Source of the DNA: an uncultured bacterium
GTDB taxonomy: Bacteria > Patescibacteriota > Minisyncoccia > Phycocordibacterales > UBA6065
Length of the DNA stretch: 64,000 nucleotides
NCBI GenBank assembly: GCA_963841935.1
Contig: CAWJEP010000001.1
Coordinates: 10,487-74,486 of the forward strand
Direction of reading: 5' to 3'
Shown here: piece after piece, positions 10,961-20,628 of the stretch
Layout of the letters: the number at the start of each line of letters is the position of its first letter
Numbering within the stretch: position 1 is the stretch's first letter
The notes under the pieces: generated by a model
Told to the model about the DNA's origin: nothing
What the model saw: the letters and a program-made list of their open reading frames with translations, nothing else
Databases searched by the model: none
Translations under genes and position numbers: made by a program

Positions 10961-11380
10961 TTATTTAGCTTCTTTCTTAGGTTTCTTCGTGCCGTATTGA
11001 CTGCGACCTTTTCCACGCTTCTCCACTCCCGCCGCGTCGAGCTTGCCGCGCACCACTTGATAGCGAAGACCGACATCCTTGACGCGACCGCCGCGAAGAA
11101 GAACCACTGCGTGTTCCTGCAAATTGTGTCCCATTCCCGGAATATATGCCGTGACTTCCATTCCATTTGAAAGGCGCACGCGAGCGATTTTGCGGATAGC
11201 CGAGTTCGGTTTCTTCGGAGTTTTCGTGGTCACCTTTATGCAGACGCCGCGCTTGAAAGGCGAATCAAAATATTTCGGGCGGTTTTCGATGGTGTTGAAT
11301 GAGCGCGTCAAAGCGACCGACTTTGATTTGCGCTTGAGCGAAACTCTCTTTCTCTTTACGAGCTGATTGATCGTGGGCAT
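10961..11380 (-). CDS. rpsL: 30S ribosomal protein S12
   Basis: [31 protein letters not shown]. Confidence 0.99.
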   Translation of the reverse strand: MPTINQLVKRKRVSLKRKSKSVALTRSFNTIENRPKYFDSPFKRGVCIKVTTKTPKKPNSAIRKIARVRLSNGMEVTAYIPGMGHNLQEHAVVLLRGGRVKDVGLRYQVVRGKLDAAGVEKRGKGRSQYGTKKPKKEAK

Positions 11381-11537
11381 TGATAAAACAAATTAAATAA
11401 TAAGGACTTGGAACAGCGTGATTTATTCACCGACCCCCGCGAGATTTGGTGCGGAGAGCGATTACTCACCTGTTCCCTTAAATAACAAGCGTCGATGACG
11501 CAGAGATGAGACTACTATATGTATGAAAAAAAGCAAA

Positions 11538-11961
11538 TTACCAAGGTTCTCTTTTGCCTTTGAACCAAAATCCACCTGTTTGAGGTCTTGAGACCGCCAA
11601 TTTGAAAATATCATCCGCCGCTTCCTCTGGAATCATCGGCGCTTCGTCGCCGCCCATATTCGTCCTCACCCATCCGGGATGAACAGCAGAAACTATGAGA
11701 CCTTCTTTCATCGTTCTGTCCGCCAAAGTCGCCATATACATATTGAGAGCGGCTTTGGAAATCTTATACGCCGGATAATATCCCGGTTCGTGACTGATTC
11801 CTTCTTCGGTCAGCGTTATCGAACCGGCTTCGGATGAGACAAAGACAATGTGAGCGTCTTTCGAAAGGTTCGGCAACATTTTTTCCGTGAAATCCGCCGT
11901 GCCGACGAGATTGACCTCGAGTGTCTGCCGAAGTTTGTCCGGCAAAAGAATTGTTTCTCCG
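11538..11961 (-). pseudogene. 5'-truncated second copy of the SDR gene at 12993-13664
   Basis: Aligns without gaps to 12993-13416 (offset 1455 bp); lacks the TGxxxGIG Rossmann N-terminus. Confidence 0.85.
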
Positions 11962-12169
11962 ACACACCGGCCGGCGCGGATACTGGATTCGGTCGCGGAT
12001 ATCCGTGAATATTCGCTGATTAACCTACTACCGCTAGGTATTATACAAAAGAAAACAGCATCGATCGAGATGCTGTTTGAGGATTTTAATAAAAGTTCCA
12101 CAACTTATTTTTTGAAAGAGCCAAGGTCAGAGATTCTAGAGCCAGTGCCCAAGTTTCAAAGAACCTAGA

Positions 12170-12715
12170 TCAACTTGCGGGAACGAGAGCCGGGCCGTCG
12201 CCGTCCCAGTCGCCGTCGAGCCAGATGAAGCTCCAGCGCCACCTGCCGCTGCCCCAGTCGAGGTAACGCACACAGAGGTCGCCGCCCGAGCCGCGGTATA
12301 TCGTGCCCCAGAAGAACACTGCCTTGCCTTTCCACTCTTCGGGGATGAGGTGCTGATTTCCATTTTTGAGGAGGAAGTCCAGCAGATTGGCGTTGTAGGG
12401 GTTCTTCTTCGATATGAGTTTGCGAAGTTTGTGGCCCTCGACATACCGACGGTCCGTCTGACCTTCATCGAGATGAAGCCGGACTTTCGTCGGGTCCCAG
12501 ACGAACTGGCCGCCCTTTTGGTGTTCCTCGACGGACCAGCCGTCGGGAATGAAGGGAGTGGCGGAGAGGTCGACGGTCTGGCTCAAAAACGGATCTTCGC
12601 CGCGGAGAATTTTCTTCAGAGCATCGAAGACCTGATCTCCGTTTTGCCCAGCAAGTTTGGTCTGAAGATCGTTCAGAACAGGAACCACTTCCACTAACAT
12701 GAGGTTGTTGCTCAT
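12170..12715 (-). CDS. Hypothetical protein with a C-terminus resembling a DGR variable region (CLec-like)
   Basis: Ends FFWGTIYRGSGGDLCVRYLDWGSGRWRWSFIWLDGDWDGDGPALVPAS with dense NNC codons; own TTGACA/TATAAT promoter and SD-like site. Confidence 0.8.
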   Translation of the reverse strand: MSNNLMLVEVVPVLNDLQTKLAGQNGDQVFDALKKILRGEDPFLSQTVDLSATPFIPDGWSVEEHQKGGQFVWDPTKVRLHLDEGQTDRRYVEGHKLRKLISKKNPYNANLLDFLLKNGNQHLIPEEWKGKAVFFWGTIYRGSGGDLCVRYLDWGSGRWRWSFIWLDGDWDGDGPALVPAS

Positions 12716-12992
12716 ATTTCCTTTTCTCTGTCATTTGCATGTCAAGGTCTGCCTATTGGCAGATTGTCCCGAGATGCGCGCCGATATGTTGATGTTACGG
12801 CGTTTTTCGGAAGCTCGCGCGAAGCACCCGAAAAACGCCGTACTCTTTCAAATTTCAATGTTCTATTTGCTGTCTATTATACACCAAACATATCTATATT
12901 GTCAATAGCAATGAAATATCATCTTTTTCAGAAATCCAAGAAATACCTAAATAGAGCCATTATACGAAATAGAGCTAAAAATGAGTCACTGG

Positions 12993-13664
12993 CTACCAAG
13001 GCTCGCGTTTGCCTTTGAACCAGAAACCGCCGGTAGCAGGTTTTGAAATCGCCAATTTGAAAATATCTGCCGCCGCTTCCTCTGGAATCATCGGCGCTTC
13101 GTCGCCGCCCATATTCGTCCTCACCCATCCGGGATGGACGGCGGAAACTATGAGACCTTCTTTCATCGTCCTGTCCGCCAAAGTCGCCATATACATATTG
13201 AGCGCGGCTTTTGAAATTTTATACGCCGGATAATATCCCGGCTCGTGACTGATTCCCTCTTCGGTAAACGTTATCGAGCCGGCTTCGGATGAAACGAACA
13301 CAATGTGCGCGCTTTTTGAAAGGTTTGGTAACATTTTTTCCGTGAAATCCGCCGTGCCGACGAGATTGACCTCGAGTGTCTGCCGAAGTTTGTCCGGCAA
13401 AAGAATTGTTTCTCCGTCATCAAGCATCACGCCGGCGTTATTTAAGAGGATATCTATTTTCTTTCCCATTTTCGAGATTTCTTTGACGCAATTCGCCACG
13501 CTTTCCTTTTTTGAAAGGTCCAAAGCGACGGAAACAAAGTTTTTTTGCTCGTCCGGCTCTTCCGAATTGAAAGTTCCGACGACAAAATATCCTTCGGAGA
13601 GAAATTTCTCTTTGAGTGCCTTGCCGATGCCTTTGCTTACGCCCGTGATGAGAACTGTTTTCAT
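12993..13664 (-). CDS. Short-chain dehydrogenase/reductase
   Basis: TGVSKGIG, NNAG, YKISK (YxxxK), HPGWVRT. Confidence 0.95.
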   Translation of the reverse strand: MKTVLITGVSKGIGKALKEKFLSEGYFVVGTFNSEEPDEQKNFVSVALDLSKKESVANCVKEISKMGKKIDILLNNAGVMLDDGETILLPDKLRQTLEVNLVGTADFTEKMLPNLSKSAHIVFVSSEAGSITFTEEGISHEPGYYPAYKISKAALNMYMATLADRTMKEGLIVSAVHPGWVRTNMGGDEAPMIPEEAAADIFKLAISKPATGGFWFKGKREPW

Positions 13665-13668
13665 ATTT

Positions 13669-14289
13669 TTAAAAAGGTATGCCTGTAATTAAAGTAAAAA
13701 GCCAAGACACGACGACTGACGCTATCGGCGCGAGGATAAAAATCAGAAGAATCACTATGACAAGACCCCATTTGTCCAAGATTCGCCGAACATCTTGAAA
13801 ACGCGCGGGCAAAAGCGCACCGAAAATTCTCGAACCGTCGAGTGGCGGAATGGGAATGAGATTGAAAGTGCCGAGCATCAGATTGACAATGACAATGGTC
13901 GCGACGAGCCCCGCCGCCGCGGACGCCGCTATCGCCGGGGAAAATCGCAGGATGAGTCCGAAAACTATGGCGAGCAAAAAGTTGGAAGCCGGACCCGCGG
14001 CGGCGACGATGGCTTCGCCCCATTTCTTGTTTCGCAAATTATAAGGATTGAAGGGCACCGGTTTCGCCCAGCCAAAAATAAACCCGCCGAGAAGTAGCGA
14101 CAGGGCGGGGAAAATTATCGAGCCGATTGGGTCTATGTGCGGTAAGGGATTGAGTGTAAGTCTCCCACTGTCTTGCGCCGTCCTGTCGCCAAGAAAAAGC
14201 GCGGCGTAGCCGTGAGATACTTCGTGAATAATCACGGAGAAAATCAGGATGATGAGCGAGAACACGAATGTTAGAACTGAATTGTCCAT
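13669..14289 (-). CDS. Site-2 protease family (M50) peptidase
   Basis: HEVSH, AAGPASN, FNLIPIPPLDG. Confidence 0.95.
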   Translation of the reverse strand: MDNSVLTFVFSLIILIFSVIIHEVSHGYAALFLGDRTAQDSGRLTLNPLPHIDPIGSIIFPALSLLLGGFIFGWAKPVPFNPYNLRNKKWGEAIVAAAGPASNFLLAIVFGLILRFSPAIAASAAAGLVATIVIVNLMLGTFNLIPIPPLDGSRIFGALLPARFQDVRRILDKWGLVIVILLIFILAPIASVVVSWLFTLITGIPF

Positions 14290-14329
14290 CGTTGATTCAT
14301 TTTAACATATGTGTTAGCCTCTTAAATCT

Positions 14330-14572
14330 ATGGCAAGAACATGCCCAGTATCAAAAAGAACCTCTCTCGTAGGCGGAAAATTTTCCAACCGCACCCGCGC
14401 GACCCAATTCAATCCGACGGGAAAAGTCCGGAAGCAGCTCAACATGCAAAAAAAGAAAATTTACATTCCCGAACTGAAAAAATCCATCACCATAAACATT
14501 TCCACTCGCGCTATCAAGACCATAAACAAAAACGGCGCTTACGCCACTCTCAAAAAAGCCGGCATCATCTAG
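14330..14572 (+). CDS. rpmB: 50S ribosomal protein L28
   Basis: MARTCPVS...N(M)QKKKIYIPE...ISTRAIKTINKNG. Confidence 0.85.
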   Translation: MARTCPVSKRTSLVGGKFSNRTRATQFNPTGKVRKQLNMQKKKIYIPELKKSITINISTRAIKTINKNGAYATLKKAGII

Positions 14573-15152
14573 TAATATTTTCTCCGTCGGATTTTAAAAT
14601 TATATCGCCGGTGGAAGACGCGAGATTCGGAATGTCAGCGGGAATCGAGATTGAAGTTTGTCCGTAAATTATTTTCCCCGTAATTTCCGCGCCGGAAGAA
14701 AAAATAACAAAACTCGCGCCGTCTCCGAGATTTATGGAGTCGCCGATCTGCGCCGTTATGTGCGGAATATATTTTTGAGAAACTTCAGCCAAAAGATTTC
14801 GGTACGTCGTCGTTTTTGAAAAAAGTCCGGAATCAATGAAAGCTCCGAGGTCAAATCTATCTAGAACGAACGGTAAACCACCGACATCCGAATTTTTCTG
14901 CGAAGTTGCAAGAACAATGTCTAACGAATGGACATAAAAAGGCAGAGTCCTTCCCAAAGCCTGGAGAACACTCTGGTCCGGACCGCCGTCTATAAGCATC
15001 CTGTTTCCGGAAGGTGATGTGATTAAAATCGCGTCGCCCTGCCCGACATTAAGAAAAGCTACTTGTAATAAGGGTGTTTTCAGGACGGAGTAAGCTCCGA
15101 AAGCGCAAACGCAGGTCAAAATTATTAAAATAGACAAAGCTAGCCGCCGCAT
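14565..15152 (-). CDS. ComEC-associated metallo-beta-lactamase-like protein, truncated and degenerate
   Basis: FLNVGQGDAILI, LIDGG; the HxHxDH-type site reads ATSQKNSDVGG. Confidence 0.8.
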   Translation of the reverse strand: MRRLALSILIILTCVCAFGAYSVLKTPLLQVAFLNVGQGDAILITSPSGNRMLIDGGPDQSVLQALGRTLPFYVHSLDIVLATSQKNSDVGGLPFVLDRFDLGAFIDSGLFSKTTTYRNLLAEVSQKYIPHITAQIGDSINLGDGASFVIFSSGAEITGKIIYGQTSISIPADIPNLASSTGDIILKSDGENITR

Positions 15153-15189
15153 AGTGATGATTTTAGCACGGCTATGGTACAATTTTTAT

Positions 15190-15780
15190 ATGCAAAAATT
15201 CGAAGAAAAAAAATTCAATATTCCGGCTTTAAAAGGTATTTCGGCGAAAACAATCGAGGAACATTTGAAGCTTTATAGTGGTTATGTAGCGAACGCCAAT
15301 CTCGTTATGGAAAAAATCGCGACACTCGGCGCAGATCCGGCGAATGCGTACGCCGTGAGCGAAATCCGCAGACGTTTCAGTTTTGAATTCAACGGTATGC
15401 GCAATCATGAAGTTTATTTTTCTTCTTTCGAGGGCGGAGCAAAACCTTTACCTGCCAATTCCCTTCTTAAACAAACGGTTGAAGCTGGGGGAGGAACACT
15501 TGAAGCTGGTATCGCTTATTTCAAATCACTAGCCCTCACTCGCGGTATCGGCTGGGCAATGCTTTGGTATGACCGCAAAGACAAAATGATACTTGCGTCA
15601 TGGGTCGACGAACAGCACCTCGGACAACTCCAAGATTGCACACCCATTCTCGCTCTCGACATGTGGGAACATTCGTTCGTCGCGGACTACCAACCCTCGG
15701 GAAAGAAAAGTTACGTTGAAGATTTTTTCGCCAATCTCAATTGGGAAGTGATCGAGAAGAATTTCCTAAACGCGCGATAA
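15190..15780 (+). CDS. sod: Fe/Mn superoxide dismutase
   Basis: EEHLKLYSGYV, MRNHEVYF, GIGWAML, LDMWEHSF; start placed 6 nt after TGGTACAAT. Confidence 0.92.
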   Translation: MQKFEEKKFNIPALKGISAKTIEEHLKLYSGYVANANLVMEKIATLGADPANAYAVSEIRRRFSFEFNGMRNHEVYFSSFEGGAKPLPANSLLKQTVEAGGGTLEAGIAYFKSLALTRGIGWAMLWYDRKDKMILASWVDEQHLGQLQDCTPILALDMWEHSFVADYQPSGKKSYVEDFFANLNWEVIEKNFLNAR

Positions 15781-17290
15781 AAAATATCATCGCGGCGTAG
15801 ACAATCACAACCGCCGAAAAAGGAAAAGGGATCGCGACTGACGAAAAAGGAATCGCCGAAAATATTTTGGCGACAAATAGCTCGTATGAAGTGAAAAAAT
15901 AAGCAACGACGGCGAACGGAAAGGAGAGAATCGGCGAAATTAGACCGATCACACCTGACAGAAGTCCGAAAAGCATGGTCATGGGCAGTACCGGCAAAAT
16001 TAAAATATTGGCCGGCACGGAAAAAAACGACAGCGAGCCGGTAATATACAAAATATAAGGCAAAACGGCGACTTGCGCCGACAAAGTCGATATAAAAATT
16101 TCCCTAAAACCGAATCTCTCGGGAATTTTCACTAACTTTTTTTCGAAAATGGGCGAAATAAATATAAGGCCGAGAACGGCGAGAATGGAAGCCTGAAAAG
16201 ACGAGTCGAAAATCAAAATCATTGGGTTCCAAAAGACCATCAGGAAAATCGTCAGTGCCAAAGCGCGCACGGCGTCGTGTTTTCTCGCCAAAGCTTTGGA
16301 TAAAAAAGCGAAAAGCGCCATGATGGAGGCGCGAACGACCATGGCCGACGCTCCGGTCATCAAAACAAAAAGAATAATTGAAACCGAAGCGAGAACAAGC
16401 GACGTCCGAAATCCAAATCTCGCAAAAAACCTTCTGACGGACTCGGCAACGATTGCGATGGCGTAGCCGGAGAGGATAACGATGTGAATCGTGCCAACTT
16501 TTCGAAGCATGTCTAGAATATCCTGCGGTACGGAATGTCTTTCTCCCAAAAGAATGGCGTTGACCAAAGATGCGTTCGGCTCATTTATCACGCGGTCAAC
16601 GCTATCGGCGAACGCGTGTTTTATCGAAAGAAGAAAGGATATCGCGGGATTGCCTTTGTTTGACGCGACCAAACTAATAACCGGTTGGTACATTACGGAG
16701 TAGATTCTGTCTTTTTGAAGATATGAAACATAATCGAAAACCTCACCTGTCGCGTCATCAGAAAAATTCCTCGGCGAAACCAATGGGCCGAGAACGGCGA
16801 GCTCGTCGCCGTAATTTCTTTTCGGAAAAAGTCCGGCTTCAATGAGAATATTATTTTCTCCGGAAAGTTTTTTGCCGTTTACCGACTCCACGCGAAAAGT
16901 AATAAGCTGTTTGTCTTGCCTGACATCCGGGTCTTGCGAAATGTAACCGGTGATTTCTATTTTGCCTCTCGCGCCGGAAAGAATCGGGTCCGGAGTTTTT
17001 GAATATGTCTCGTATCGCAAAGCGCCGAGAAAGAAAAATATCAATGAAAGAGAAACGAGCGCGGGAAGTGCGGCAGTTTTTCGCTTGTGCGCTTCGCTCC
17101 GACTTACGCGCTCAAAACTGCCGCACTTCCCGCGCTCTAAATTCGGTCTTCGTTCGAAAATACATACCGCCGCGATTGCCGAAGCTATTAATAATACAAA
17201 AACTAGCAGAAAAATATCGGCGTTCGTGAAAGTTTGAAACGCGATTCCCGCCGCGAAACCTATAACCGCTATATAAATGGCCGCCGCCAT
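15737..17290 (-). CDS. comEC: ComEC/Rec2 competence membrane protein
   Basis: FDYVSYL, GTIHIVILSG, SAMVVRASIM, DSSFQAS, PANILILP. Confidence 0.92.
   Translation of the reverse strand: MAAAIYIAVIGFAAGIAFQTFTNADIFLLVFVLLIASAIAAVCIFERRPNLERGKCGSFERVSRSEAHKRKTAALPALVSLSLIFFFLGALRYETYSKTPDPILSGARGKIEITGYISQDPDVRQDKQLITFRVESVNGKKLSGENNILIEAGLFPKRNYGDELAVLGPLVSPRNFSDDATGEVFDYVSYLQKDRIYSVMYQPVISLVASNKGNPAISFLLSIKHAFADSVDRVINEPNASLVNAILLGERHSVPQDILDMLRKVGTIHIVILSGYAIAIVAESVRRFFARFGFRTSLVLASVSIILFVLMTGASAMVVRASIMALFAFLSKALARKHDAVRALALTIFLMVFWNPMILIFDSSFQASILAVLGLIFISPIFEKKLVKIPERFGFREIFISTLSAQVAVLPYILYITGSLSFFSVPANILILPVLPMTMLFGLLSGVIGLISPILSFPFAVVAYFFTSYELFVAKIFSAIPFSSVAIPFPFSAVVIVYAAMIFFIARLGNSSRSLPN
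17057..17137. repeat. Conserved-core palindrome copy 1 (inside comEC)
   Basis: 24-bp perfect arms around core tcgcttgtgcgcttcgctccgacttacgcgctc (17081-17113). Confidence 0.95.
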
Positions 17291-17302
17291 ATTATTTTTA
17301 TT

Positions 17303-17794
17303 TTATATTCTTATCGAATATTTTTTTACGTCTCCGGAAAAGAGCGGAACGGGCATATTGTCGGCAAAAGACGTGGCTATGACATCGCAGCGTTCGTTTG
17401 CTCCATGACCGCTGTGACCCAAAACCGTTTTCCATTCGATTTTTAAACCTTCGGACAGCGTCGAAAGTGCTTGCCAATATTCTTGATTCAGGACCGGCTT
17501 TCGCCCGGCCGTTCTCCAATTATTTCTTTTCCAATTGGAGAGCCACTGCGTCATTCCTTTTACGACGTATTCAGAATCCGAACAAACAACGATTGACGAA
17601 GGATTTTTAATTTCTTTTTTTACGAATTCAAGCGCGGAAATCGCGGCTGAAAGTTCCATTTGATTGTTCGTTGTGTGCTCGCTAGCTCCGCCAATTTCTC
17701 TGACTTTGCCTTCATAAACGACAATCGCTCCCCAGCCGCCCGGACCGGGATTTCCTCTCGCGCTTCCGTCGGTAAAAATCAAAATTTCTTTCAT
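17303..17794 (-). CDS. rnhA: Ribonuclease HI
   Basis: FTDGSARGNPGPGGWG, TTNNQMEL, SDSEY, GHSGHGANERCD. Confidence 0.97.
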   Translation of the reverse strand: MKEILIFTDGSARGNPGPGGWGAIVVYEGKVREIGGASEHTTNNQMELSAAISALEFVKKEIKNPSSIVVCSDSEYVVKGMTQWLSNWKRNNWRTAGRKPVLNQEYWQALSTLSEGLKIEWKTVLGHSGHGANERCDVIATSFADNMPVPLFSGDVKKYSIRI

Positions 17795-19470
17795 ACAAGT
17801 TTCAAAATTCTAACACGGAGTTCCGTCCTGTTTCCAAATGTCGATTTTTCCAAATTGCCGACGAAAGTTATCTTGTCGCCCTCTTTTATTTTTCGGATTT
17901 CCTCGTCGGCGAAAAATTGTATGGCTTTTACCGTGCCGTTTCCCGCCTCTCCGGCAGTAGGGCCCTTTTTGAAAAGAACCTCAAAATGATTTTTTTCTTT
18001 GCCGAAAGTTTTCGCCGAAGAAATTGAGACCCCACGGAAAAGAAACGCCGGCTTTGGATTGCCCATACCGTACGGTGAGAGTTTTGAAAGCGCGGCATAT
18101 AAAGAAACCGAAACATCGTCGGCGGAAAGTTCCGCGTCGTATATATCCGCCGGAGAGGTTTTTTCGACCGGCGGCAAATTGCCGAGAGCGACTTCCAATT
18201 CTTTTTCCAAATTGAAAACGGCTTCATTTGAAATGCTGAATCCGCCGGAAAACGCGTGGCCGCCGAATTCCATAAACACTCCCGGGCGCGCGGCGCGCAT
18301 AAGTTCGATGAGATTTACTCCGCCACCCGAACGAGCGGAACCTTTTATCACATTGTCCCCGTCCCTGCCCCAAAGAAAAACCGGGCAGGAAAATTCTCCG
18401 GCGAAAGTGTTCGCGGCAAGCCCCAAAAGCGACGGTCGCCAATTTGGATTGCCTAAAACGATGATTCTTCTCGAGGTCGCGTCCCTTTCGCCTACGATTT
18501 TTTTGATTTCTTTGACTAGAGCGGCAACGGTACCTTTGCGTTCATTGTTCACGTGTTCAAGTCGCGCGGCGAGTTTTTCAATCTCATCGCCCTCCTTCGC
18601 GGATAACAGATTGAAGGCGTCGAGAGGCGTGCCCATACGCGAGGCGGCGTTGATTCTCGGGGTAATGGAAAATCCTATGTCGTCTTCGCTTAAATTTTTC
18701 TTTTCCAAGCGCAAAACATTTATCAAGGCACCGAGTCCCGGTCTCTGGGTTTTTCTCATAACCACAAGCCCGTAGTGGGCGAAAACCCTGTTCTCGCCGA
18801 CAAGGGGCACCATATCGGAAAGAGTGGCTATGCCGACCATGTCGAGGAGCCATTTTTCCCAGCCGACGGGAACATTGAATTCCTCGCCGTGTTTTTTTAT
18901 AAACGCTTGCACAACTTTGAAAAAAATCGCCGAGCCGCATAGATTTTTTTCCGGATACGCGCACCCATCCTGTTTGGTATCGATGACGGCAAAAGCTCCG
19001 CTCAATTTTCCGTGAGTTTCGTGGTGGTCGGTAATAATGACGTCAATATTTTTGGACTTGGCGTAGGAAATTTCTTTGGCATCGGCAATGCCGCAGTCAA
19101 TGGTGAGCAAAACTTTCGCTCCGCGCTCGGCTATTTCGTCTATGGCGCCCTCATTTAGGCCGAAACCTTCATCGTGGCGATGCGGAATGTATATTTCAAA
19201 ATTTTTATGGCCGACTTTTTCCAAAAAATCCTTTGCTATGACCGCGCCTGGAATGCCGTCGGCGTCGTAATCGGAAAAAATCGCGATTCGCTCGCCTCCT
19301 TTCACCGCGCGATACAACCTCTCTATTGTTTTTTCCATCCCTTTCAAAAGAAAAGGGTCGTGGGTGTGAAGTTCGTAATCCGGATTTAAGAATTTTTCCC
19401 TTTCTTCGCGCGTTTTTATTCCTCTTTTTTCGAGAAGTAAATCAACGAGACCCTGCACGTCAGTTGCCAT
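17791..19470 (-). CDS. recJ: Single-stranded DNA exonuclease RecJ
   Basis: DYDADG, TIDCGI, ITDHH, PRINAASRM, GSARS, FGGH. Confidence 0.95.
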   Translation of the reverse strand: MATDVQGLVDLLLEKRGIKTREEREKFLNPDYELHTHDPFLLKGMEKTIERLYRAVKGGERIAIFSDYDADGIPGAVIAKDFLEKVGHKNFEIYIPHRHDEGFGLNEGAIDEIAERGAKVLLTIDCGIADAKEISYAKSKNIDVIITDHHETHGKLSGAFAVIDTKQDGCAYPEKNLCGSAIFFKVVQAFIKKHGEEFNVPVGWEKWLLDMVGIATLSDMVPLVGENRVFAHYGLVVMRKTQRPGLGALINVLRLEKKNLSEDDIGFSITPRINAASRMGTPLDAFNLLSAKEGDEIEKLAARLEHVNNERKGTVAALVKEIKKIVGERDATSRRIIVLGNPNWRPSLLGLAANTFAGEFSCPVFLWGRDGDNVIKGSARSGGGVNLIELMRAARPGVFMEFGGHAFSGGFSISNEAVFNLEKELEVALGNLPPVEKTSPADIYDAELSADDVSVSLYAALSKLSPYGMGNPKPAFLFRGVSISSAKTFGKEKNHFEVLFKKGPTAGEAGNGTVKAIQFFADEEIRKIKEGDKITFVGNLEKSTFGNRTELRVRILKLV

Positions 19471-19477
19471 ACATATT

Positions 19478-20194
19478 CTACGAGCCCAGCGCTGTTTTTA
19501 TCGCCGTTTCAATGTTCGTGGTCGGTTCGGCGCCTACCAAAAGCTGTTTACCTATAATCATGGCTGGTGTGCCGTTGACGCCAAAAGAAGCGCCTTCGGT
19601 TTTATCGGCCACGATTTCATTTTCATATGCCGTTGCCTGCGAAGTCATGAGAGATGACACCTGCGTCGCGTCAGAGGCGCCGAGGACTTGCGTGGTGATG
19701 GACATGATTTTTGCCTGTGTCGCCCAGCCGGAATTTTCTTCTCCTTGATTGTCGAAAATCGCTTTGTGCCAAGCGTAGAATTGGCTTGGCGCGACCGCCC
19801 AGACCGCGCGGGCGGCGATGGAAAGAGTTTCGGAATCATTACCAAGGAACGGAAAATCCTTGAAAACTATTTTTACTTTTCCCGTGTCGACGTAATCCTT
19901 GATAATTTGTGGCAAAGCTGTCTCTTCGTCCTGCTTGCAGAAAGGACATTGATAATCAAACCAATAAGCGATAGTTACCGGCGCGCTGGCGTCTCCGATG
20001 AACGGTTCGCCGCCGGTTTTCACGTTGCTTATGTCGACGGCTTGAGCGGACGGGTTGGCTATGTTTTGCGCTGGCGCGGTCGGCGAACCGGACGACCCGG
20101 GATGAAGAGCCCAGACGATGGCTAAGGCAATGATAATGGCGCCGAGAAGAATAGCCGCGGGAACGGTGAAAGCGTTTTTTTGTTCTGTATTCAT
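19478..20194 (-). CDS. DsbA/thioredoxin-like protein
   Basis: N-terminal TM, DYQCPFC, KDFPFLG, GVNGTPA. Confidence 0.92.
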   Translation of the reverse strand: MNTEQKNAFTVPAAILLGAIIIALAIVWALHPGSSGSPTAPAQNIANPSAQAVDISNVKTGGEPFIGDASAPVTIAYWFDYQCPFCKQDEETALPQIIKDYVDTGKVKIVFKDFPFLGNDSETLSIAARAVWAVAPSQFYAWHKAIFDNQGEENSGWATQAKIMSITTQVLGASDATQVSSLMTSQATAYENEIVADKTEGASFGVNGTPAMIIGKQLLVGAEPTTNIETAIKTALGS

Positions 20195-20223
20195 GCTTAC
20201 ATTCTATTTGTTATAATCAGCCG

Positions 20224-20586
20224 ATGCAAGATTGCGTTTTCTGCAAAATCGTAGCGGGAAAAATACCTTCGGAAAAAATTTACGAGGACAAAGATTTCCT
20301 GGCGTTTATAGATGTGAACCCTCTTTCTCCCGGCCACGCCCTGGTCATTCCGAAAAAACATTATGCGTGGGTCTGGGACGTGCCGAACGCCGGCGATTTT
20401 TTTGAAGTCGCCAAAAAAATCGCCTTGGCGCAGAAAAAAGCTTTTGAAACGGATTTTGTTCTATCGAAAATCGTCGGCGAAGATGTGCCTCACGCCCACA
20501 TTTGGGTTTATCCGGATAAAAACGTTAAAGGCGACAAAAAAGATTTCTCTGGTAACGCAGAAAAGATAAGAAAGTTTTTGAAATAA
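20224..20586 (+). CDS. HIT family protein
   Basis: DCVFCKI, PGHALVIPKKH, VPHAHIW. Confidence 0.93.
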   Translation: MQDCVFCKIVAGKIPSEKIYEDKDFLAFIDVNPLSPGHALVIPKKHYAWVWDVPNAGDFFEVAKKIALAQKKAFETDFVLSKIVGEDVPHAHIWVYPDKNVKGDKKDFSGNAEKIRKFLK

Positions 20587-20628
20587 AAAAGCGGCGCGGG
20601 TTTGGATAACCCGCGCCGCTGAGTACTG

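Noticed and set aside
11962-12101. N-terminal part of the 187-aa ORF 11538-12101
   Set aside because: Non-homologous read-through across a terminator-like hairpin (12053-12078); only 11538-11961 is SDR-derived
11538-13416. SDR repeat pair as a DGR template/variable repeat
   Set aside because: Differences are mostly synonymous third-position changes involving all bases, not adenine-specific
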